35,780 nt of DNA from Pseudogymnoascus verrucosus (Eukaryota): NCBI GenBank assembly GCA_001662655.1, contig KV460208.1; one strand, written 5' to 3'. Positions 32,708 through 35,780 of the stretch are shown here, piece after piece. Within the stretch, counting starts at the first letter, position 1, and the number at the start of each line of letters is the position of its first letter. Below the pieces are notes generated by a model. It saw only the letters and a list, made by a program, of their open reading frames with translations, was not told the origin of the DNA and searched no databases. Made by a program: the position numbers and the translations under genes.

Positions 32708-34354
32708 ATGTCGACGACAACACACCTCGCTCAGTCCGATGTGGACAGCTTCGATTATATCATTGTGGGTGGAGGGACGGCCGGCTGCGTGATTGCTAGC
32801 CGGCTAGCAGAGTACCTCCCTCACAAGAAGACCCTTCTCATTGAGGCCGGGCCTAGTGACTATATGGATGATCGCGTGCTCCTATTGAAAGACTGGCTGA
32901 AGCTGCTTGGTGGGGATCTCGACTATGACTATCCCACCACCGAACAACCAATGGGCAACTCGCACATTCGTCACTCACGTGCAAAGGTTTTGGGGGGGTG
33001 TTCGAGCCATAACACGCTGATCTCCTTCCGGCCGTTTGAGTATGACGCCAAGATCTGGGAGTCTCAGGGCGCCAAAGGTTGGTCGTTTGAGACGTTTATG
33101 CGTCTGATTGACAAGCTGAGGAACAGCATCCAGCCAGTGCACAACCGTCACAGGAACCAACTGTGCAAGGATTGGGTGAACTCGTGTTCCAGCGCGATGG
33201 ACATTCCGGTTGTGCATGATTTCAACAGGAAGATCACGGATGAGAGTGCGTTGGATGGGAGTGTGGGGTTCTTTTCGGTGGCCTACAACCCAGATGACGG
33301 ACGACGAAGTAGTGCGAGTGTCGCATATATTCATCCGATTCTGAGCGGGAAGGAGAAGAGGCCGAACTTGGCGATTCTGACGAATGCGTGGGTTGGTAAG
33401 GTTAACGTTACCGGGGATAAGGTGACGGGTGTGAACCTAGCACTTCAGTCGGGGGAGCGTCTTGTGTTGAAGGCGAAGACGGAGACGATTTTGTGTGGAG
33501 GGGCCGTCGATACGGCGAGGTTGTTGCTGCTTTCTGGGATTGGACCGGCCAAGGATCTGTCGGAGCTGAAGATTCCTGTCGTTAAGGATATTCCAGGCGT
33601 TGGAGAGAATCTGCAGGATCACCACGAGTCGATCATCATCTGGGAACTCAACAGGCCGGTTCCCCAAAACCAAACGACCATGGACTCGGATGCTGGCATC
33701 TTTCTTCGTCGTGAGAAGCCGAATGCTGCGACGGAGGGGGGGATTCCGGATGGGAATATCGCGGATACGATGATGCACTGCTACCAGATTCCGTTTTGTG
33801 TGAACACGGCTCGTCTTGGATATGACAGCCCGGATGCTGCCTTTTGCATGACGCCGAACACGATGCGCCCGAGGAGTCGAGGGAAGCTATATCTGACGTC
33901 GGCCGACCCGAATGTCAAGCCAGCGCTTGATTTCCGATACTTTACTGATCCGGAGGGGTATGATGCTGCGACGATTGTCTTCGGGCTGAAGGCTGCGCGG
34001 AAGATTGCACAGCAGGAGCCGTTCAAGTCGTGGATCAAGAGGGAGGTCGCGCCGGGGCCGAACGTGCAGTCGGATGAGGATCTGAGCGAGTATGGGAGGA
34101 GGGTCGCGCATACCGTGTATCATCCGGTTGGAACGACGAAGATGGGGGATGTGAAGACCGATGAGAAGGCGGTTGTGGATGAGAAGCTGAGGGTGCGGGG
34201 ACTGAAGGGGGTTAGGATTGCGGATGCAGGCGTGTTTCCCTCGATGGTGAGCATCAACCCGATGTTGACGGTGCTGGCGATTGGGGAGAGGTGTGCGGAG
34301 ATGATTGCGGAGGAGAGTGGATGGAGGATGGGAGGGGAGGTAGCGAGGTTGTAG
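32708..34354 (+). CDS. codA: Choline oxidase (GMC oxidoreductase, FAD), intronless, C-terminal ARL
   Basis: FDYIIVGGGTAG Rossmann motif, HIRHSRAKVLGGCSSHN (His corresponding to the covalent-FAD site of Arthrobacter-type choline oxidase), GVGENLQDH, TVYHPVGT, DAGVFP..INP. Confidence 0.93.
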   Translation: MSTTTHLAQSDVDSFDYIIVGGGTAGCVIASRLAEYLPHKKTLLIEAGPSDYMDDRVLLLKDWLKLLGGDLDYDYPTTEQPMGNSHIRHSRAKVLGGCSSHNTLISFRPFEYDAKIWESQGAKGWSFETFMRLIDKLRNSIQPVHNRHRNQLCKDWVNSCSSAMDIPVVHDFNRKITDESALDGSVGFFSVAYNPDDGRRSSASVAYIHPILSGKEKRPNLAILTNAWVGKVNVTGDKVTGVNLALQSGERLVLKAKTETILCGGAVDTARLLLLSGIGPAKDLSELKIPVVKDIPGVGENLQDHHESIIIWELNRPVPQNQTTMDSDAGIFLRREKPNAATEGGIPDGNIADTMMHCYQIPFCVNTARLGYDSPDAAFCMTPNTMRPRSRGKLYLTSADPNVKPALDFRYFTDPEGYDAATIVFGLKAARKIAQQEPFKSWIKREVAPGPNVQSDEDLSEYGRRVAHTVYHPVGTTKMGDVKTDEKAVVDEKLRVRGLKGVRIADAGVFPSMVSINPMLTVLAIGERCAEMIAEESGWRMGGEVARL

Positions 34355-34544
34355 ATATCGTATGGTGAAGCCTGAATTCACGTTTGTTGCCATGAGTTCT
34401 TCCCACCGTCGACGCGTATTTTGTGCTGGTGATGGACGTAGAATAGGTCTTACTGAGCATATCACCGGTGTCAACATCAATTGTGGGCGTTAGGTTTGAG
34501 GGAGTTTGGTCGGCGGGGTGGGGAGGTGCTTGCGGGTGAGGTTT

Positions 34545-34995
34545 GTGGTGGGGTATCTTTCAAACGCATTTGTGTGGAAAGCCAAACGTAGGATCAACGC
34601 CAGGTACTCAATCTATGATACCAACAGATTTTGGGGCCGGAAAAGGAATCATTGTGCCCTGTTCTATCGTACGTCCGAGTTTGAGTGATTTTGGCCTACG
34701 TAGTGACGAGATATTCGTAGAATGAGGCTCATGTACTGGTGTGGGATACCTCGTTCAAATCGATTTGTATGGGAAGCCAATCGTAGGATTCACGCCATGC
34801 TCCCGCATTAAGAGAGTAACCGATTTTGAGGTCGATAATATGATCATTATGCCCTGTTCTATTATATGTCCGAGTTAAAATCGATTTGATTCATGAGGTG
34901 GAGAGATATCTGGAAAATGGACGTATGTACCCCGACATGAATCACCTAAACACATCTTGGTGACGGGAAAATTGTAGGATCAACGCCACGCCCTC
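34545..34995. repeat. Degenerate subtelomeric tandem repeat, unit ~191-195 bp, about 2.3 copies
   Basis: GTAGGAT(C/T)(A/C)ACGCCA at 34588, 34783 and 34974; GCCCTGTTCTA at 34656 and 34851; GTCCGAGTT at 34673 and 34868. Confidence 0.85.
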
Positions 34996-35759
34996 ATTAA
35001 AGGTAGGCCAATACCCTAAGTTACTTATATTAATACATTATCTATTAAATATAGGATTAAAGATATAGGTCTAACATTTTTAATCTAGATGGCAATTATG
35101 CTAGAAGTAAAAATATTAGCATTCTTAAGAGGCATAAGGAACCTAGTAGTCCTAATGTTTCATGAGATGAGTGTCGTAGCTCAAACCCGCAGTTTTATTC
35201 CGTGATAACCCAGATCTACAAATAAGGCAACGGATCTGCAGTATTTGGGGTTAAGAGGCGAGCTGAAATGAGACATGTATGAAATGTAAGATAGAGTAGG
35301 ATGCGGTTTAGAATATAATTACTATAATCGCCGATGAGATGGCCCGAACTTAGATACGTAGATCTACCGTAAATGTGGATTGTTGTAGATTATGCCAATG
35401 CGGAGAGATTAGAGGAGGTCCGTGGAAAGGACGTCAATAATGTGCTTAAATGAGAGTCGAAGTTAATTCATAGCATATCAGAGTAATTGTAAACCTAACA
35501 TTCCTCATGCGAGCGTTGAAACTAAACAAACTAAACACACCGTCGCTACCGCGCAAGGACATGGGGACTCGCGCCCAATTAGGGGGGACTAAACGCAGCA
35601 TTTAACAAGGATACAGGTGATCGAATGTAGCGCTAATAAGCTTATGATGGAAGTAAAAGTGCAGCGTTAAGGAAATCAGCCCACCATGTGATCTAAGGCC
35701 AGGGTCGTGGTTGTCTGTGATTAGGCTCTATGTCGCACAAGCAATGCGCTAAAGCCGAA

Positions 35760-35780
35760 GGTTAGGGTTAGGGTTAGGGT
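35760..35780 (+). repeat. Telomeric repeat (TTAGGG)n, right chromosome end
   Basis: GG TTAGGG TTAGGG TTAGGG T runs to the last base, with the G-rich strand oriented 5'->3' towards the end as expected for a right telomere. Confidence 0.85.

Noticed and set aside
34506..34725. 60-aa ORFs within the subtelomeric repeat
   Set aside because: The second repeat copy has several stops in the equivalent frame and the peptides resemble nothing I recognise.
34545..34995. CRISPR-like reading of the recurring GTAGGATCAACGCC motif
   Set aside because: Eukaryotic context, no cas genes, and the sequence between motifs is itself homologous, so it is a tandem repeat rather than repeat-spacer.
35000..35759. 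Possible telomere-linked helicase or transposon relic
   Set aside because: The frames I translated by hand were interrupted by stops and showed no helicase, RT or transposase motif; a translated search would be needed to exclude a heavily decayed relic.

Overview
Eukaryotic DNA from a filamentous ascomycete (Pezizomycotina-like: short GT-AG introns with CTRAY branch points, TTAGGG repeat). It appears to be the last ~36 kb of a chromosome arm, because the window ends in (TTAGGG)n. Hand-spliced gene order: SLN1-type osmosensing hybrid histidine kinase (-), intron-containing tRNA-Asp(GTC), an uncharacterised 748-aa protein (+), a 3-exon Arf-like gene with degenerate GTP-binding motifs (-), a Ree1/DUF1349 protein (-), GH72 glucanosyltransferase Gel1 (-), Bzz1 (-) divergent from Dbp5 (+), a 3.8-kb low-complexity intergenic region, a Gln/Pro/Ser-rich uncharacterised protein (+), a Prm10/ThrE-family membrane protein (+), a 150-aa secreted 8-Cys protein (+) that the ORF track shows only as fragments, and a divergent intronless pair of betaine aldehyde dehydrogenase (-) and choline oxidase (+). 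These are followed by a degenerate ~195-bp tandem repeat and the telomere. Most genes are ordinary housekeeping genes. The best leads are: (i) both glycine-betaine enzymes end in PTS1 peroxisomal signals (SKL, ARL); (ii) an intact Arf-family pseudo-GTPase; (iii) a telomere-proximal small secreted protein with possible KP4-like architecture; (iv) a very short subtelomere; (v) unusual 5' leaders. No database searches were run, so family calls come from motif recognition and novelty is not established.
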